64,000 bases of DNA from Candidatus Latescibacterota bacterium (lineage in GTDB: Bacteria > Latescibacterota > UBA2968 > GCA-2709665): NCBI GenBank assembly GCA_965237675.1, contig OZ250150.1, forward strand, positions 1,248,001-1,312,000, written 5' to 3'. Under the pieces are notes generated by a model. That model made no database searches. It was not told the DNA's origin and saw only the letters and a list, made by a program, of their open reading frames with translations. Position numbers and translations under genes: made by a program. Of this stretch, positions 62,332-64,000 are shown one piece after another. Position 1 is the first letter of the stretch; every line of letters begins with the position of its first letter.

Positions 62332-64000
62332 ATGTCGATCAAACGGGTTTACGACAGAATGGTGAAGTCCGAGCCGTTTGCGGAACTGGCGCGGCTGATC
62401 GAAGCCCGTACGCCGGCGATTCCGGTGCGCGGGCTGCCGGGTTCGCTTACTGCGTTCGGCATTGCATGGGTGGAGGAGACGGCGCCCGGTCCTGTACTGG
62501 TGGTTTGCGCTTCGGAGAATCGCGCGGAGGAAGTGCGCGACGATCTGGAGCGGCTGCTGGGTTCGAGCCGGGTCGGGATTTTTCCAGCCCGGGGCGGATC
62601 GCCTTATGACCGTCGGTCGCCGCATCTGGACGTCATGGGGCTTCGGTTGGAGGCACTGGATCAGTTACAGGGGGCAGGTTGCGGAATTGTGGTTACGCCG
62701 GTGGAAGCCCTGATGAGCCATACCCTGCCACCGGACCTGCACGATCTGGCGGTGCAGGAGATACGGGTAGGGGAGGAGGTTGCGCCCGATACGCTGGCAG
62801 AACATCTCGTGGATATCGGCTATGAGCGCGTGACACTGGTGGGCGGGGTGGGTCAGTTCAGCGTACGCGGGGGGATATTGGACGTCTGCTCGTTTGGCAG
62901 TACGCATCCGATCCGAATCGAGTTTTTTGGCGATGAGGTGGAATCCATTCGAGCGTTTGATCTGGGTACACAGCGGTCGGTGGCCGGGCAAGATTCGGTA
63001 AGGGTACTGCCGTGCCGTGAGGCAGTCCTGATAGAGACGCTGTCGGACGTGTATGCGGCGCACGTGACCGAAGCGGAACGACGGCTTGGGATGGGTCTGG
63101 AGGGGCTGCGTGAAATGATGGAGAGCCAGGGCGCATTTGACGGGTTGGAGCAGTATCTGGGCGTTCTGTACAGGGAGAAAACCTGCCTGCTGGACCACGT
63201 TTCGGATGGTTATGTCGTGGTGGACGACCCCGGCGCGGTAGAAGCGGCATCGGCTGACGTGTGGGCGCGGGTGGAGGTGGCTGACCGTCGACAGAAGAAG
63301 AGGCGTGGAGAACCGGAACCCCTTCCGGCGGAGGCCGTGGCCCGGCGTCCGGAGGCGATTCTGGACCGGCTGGACGGCATGCGACGGGTGTTGAACTGGC
63401 CGCTGGGCGGAAGGACGGAAGAGGGCGTCCACTTTTCGGGCATCGGGGGCCGGCGATACGAGGGTCACCTGGAAACCCTGAAGGAGGATTTGAGAAGACA
63501 CTGGCAAGCGGACTACGATGTGGTGCTGCTGTGCGAAAGCCAGGGCCAGAAAGCGCGGTTTGAAGAACTGCTGGAAGAAGAGGAAAACCTGATAACAATA
63601 TTCGTAGGCACCCTGCACAGCGGCTTCACTTTTACGTCTTCGAAGGCGCGGATGGTGGTGCTGAACGACCACGAGATTTACACCCGTGCGCGCCGCCGCC
63701 GCCGTTACAGGCGGTTCAAGGACGCCACGCCCATCCGCAACATTTCGAGCCTGCAAGCTGGCGATTTCGTAGTACACGTGGACCACGGCATTGGGCGCTA
63801 CGAAGGGATCGAGCATCTCACGGTGGACGGAGTCCGGCAGGACTGTTTGGCCATGTTCTATAGGGGTGGCGACCGGGTGTTCGTACCGGTGGACCAGATG
63901 GACCGTGTGCAGAAGTATGCGGGACAGGACAGTATCGCCCCTGCGTTGAGCAAACTGGGTACGGCAACCTGGGAACGGATAAAGGAAAAGGCCAAAAAGG
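62332..64000 (+). CDS. mfd: Transcription-repair coupling factor (5' part, runs off the window)
   Basis: Open frame from ATG 62332; GQFSVRGGILD, RIEFFGDEVESIR.FD..TQRS, GDFVVHVDHGIGRY, VQKY, LSKLG...WE. Confidence 0.95.
   Translation, partial: MSIKRVYDRMVKSEPFAELARLIEARTPAIPVRGLPGSLTAFGIAWVEETAPGPVLVVCASENRAEEVRDDLERLLGSSRVGIFPARGGSPYDRRSPHLDVMGLRLEALDQLQGAGCGIVVTPVEALMSHTLPPDLHDLAVQEIRVGEEVAPDTLAEHLVDIGYERVTLVGGVGQFSVRGGILDVCSFGSTHPIRIEFFGDEVESIRAFDLGTQRSVAGQDSVRVLPCREAVLIETLSDVYAAHVTEAERRLGMGLEGLREMMESQGAFDGLEQYLGVLYREKTCLLDHVSDGYVVVDDPGAVEAASADVWARVEVADRRQKKRRGEPEPLPAEAVARRPEAILDRLDGMRRVLNWPLGGRTEEGVHFSGIGGRRYEGHLETLKEDLRRHWQADYDVVLLCESQGQKARFEELLEEEENLITIFVGTLHSGFTFTSSKARMVVLNDHEIYTRARRRRRYRRFKDATPIRNISSLQAGDFVVHVDHGIGRYEGIEHLTVDGVRQDCLAMFYRGGDRVFVPVDQMDRVQKYAGQDSIAPALSKLGTATWERIKEKAKK

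Overview
This is a chromosomal window from a GC-rich diderm bacterium. Lineage is inference only; the gene content is suggestive of a Latescibacterota/Gemmatimonadota-like organism. (1) 1-19 kb is a defence/accessory island. A type I restriction-modification locus (hsdM, hsdS, an orphan hsdS stub, no hsdR in the window) is interleaved with five toxin-antitoxin modules (HigBA with a decayed toxin, AbiEi/AbiEii, Phd-VapC with a deleted toxin, RHH-VapC, DinJ-YafQ). It also carries a PD-(D/E)XK nuclease, an HNH nuclease, a RAYT transposase remnant with REPs, an unusual 6-TM ion channel, an MFS transporter and a peptidase-propeller-Omp85 protein. (2) 19-44 kb holds housekeeping and metabolic genes: sat, clpP, hemE-hemH-hemY, serS, GT2, a deletion-collapsed alpha-2-macroglobulin/pbpC operon, LLM monooxygenase, EutQ cupin, Ntn acylase, HAD, beta-propeller hydrolase, CDP-alcohol phosphatidyltransferase, FAH, and a methylmalonyl-CoA mutase fused to an N-terminal XRE helix-turn-helix followed by the epimerase. 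(3) 44-64 kb is the replication-origin region: rsmG, parS, a repeat-filled gap where mnmG usually lies, mnmE-yidC-rnpA-rpmH, dnaA-oriC-dnaN-recF-dciA-gyrB-gyrA, hom, tRNA-Asp and the 5' part of mfd. The most notable observations are the XRE-mutase fusion with upstream palindromes, the channel with a beta-repeat insert and a non-canonical filter, a satellite DnaA-box palindrome ~12 kb from oriC, a duplicated AbiE operator upstream of a nuclease, and covarying repeat elements. All calls come from reading motifs by eye; no searches were run.
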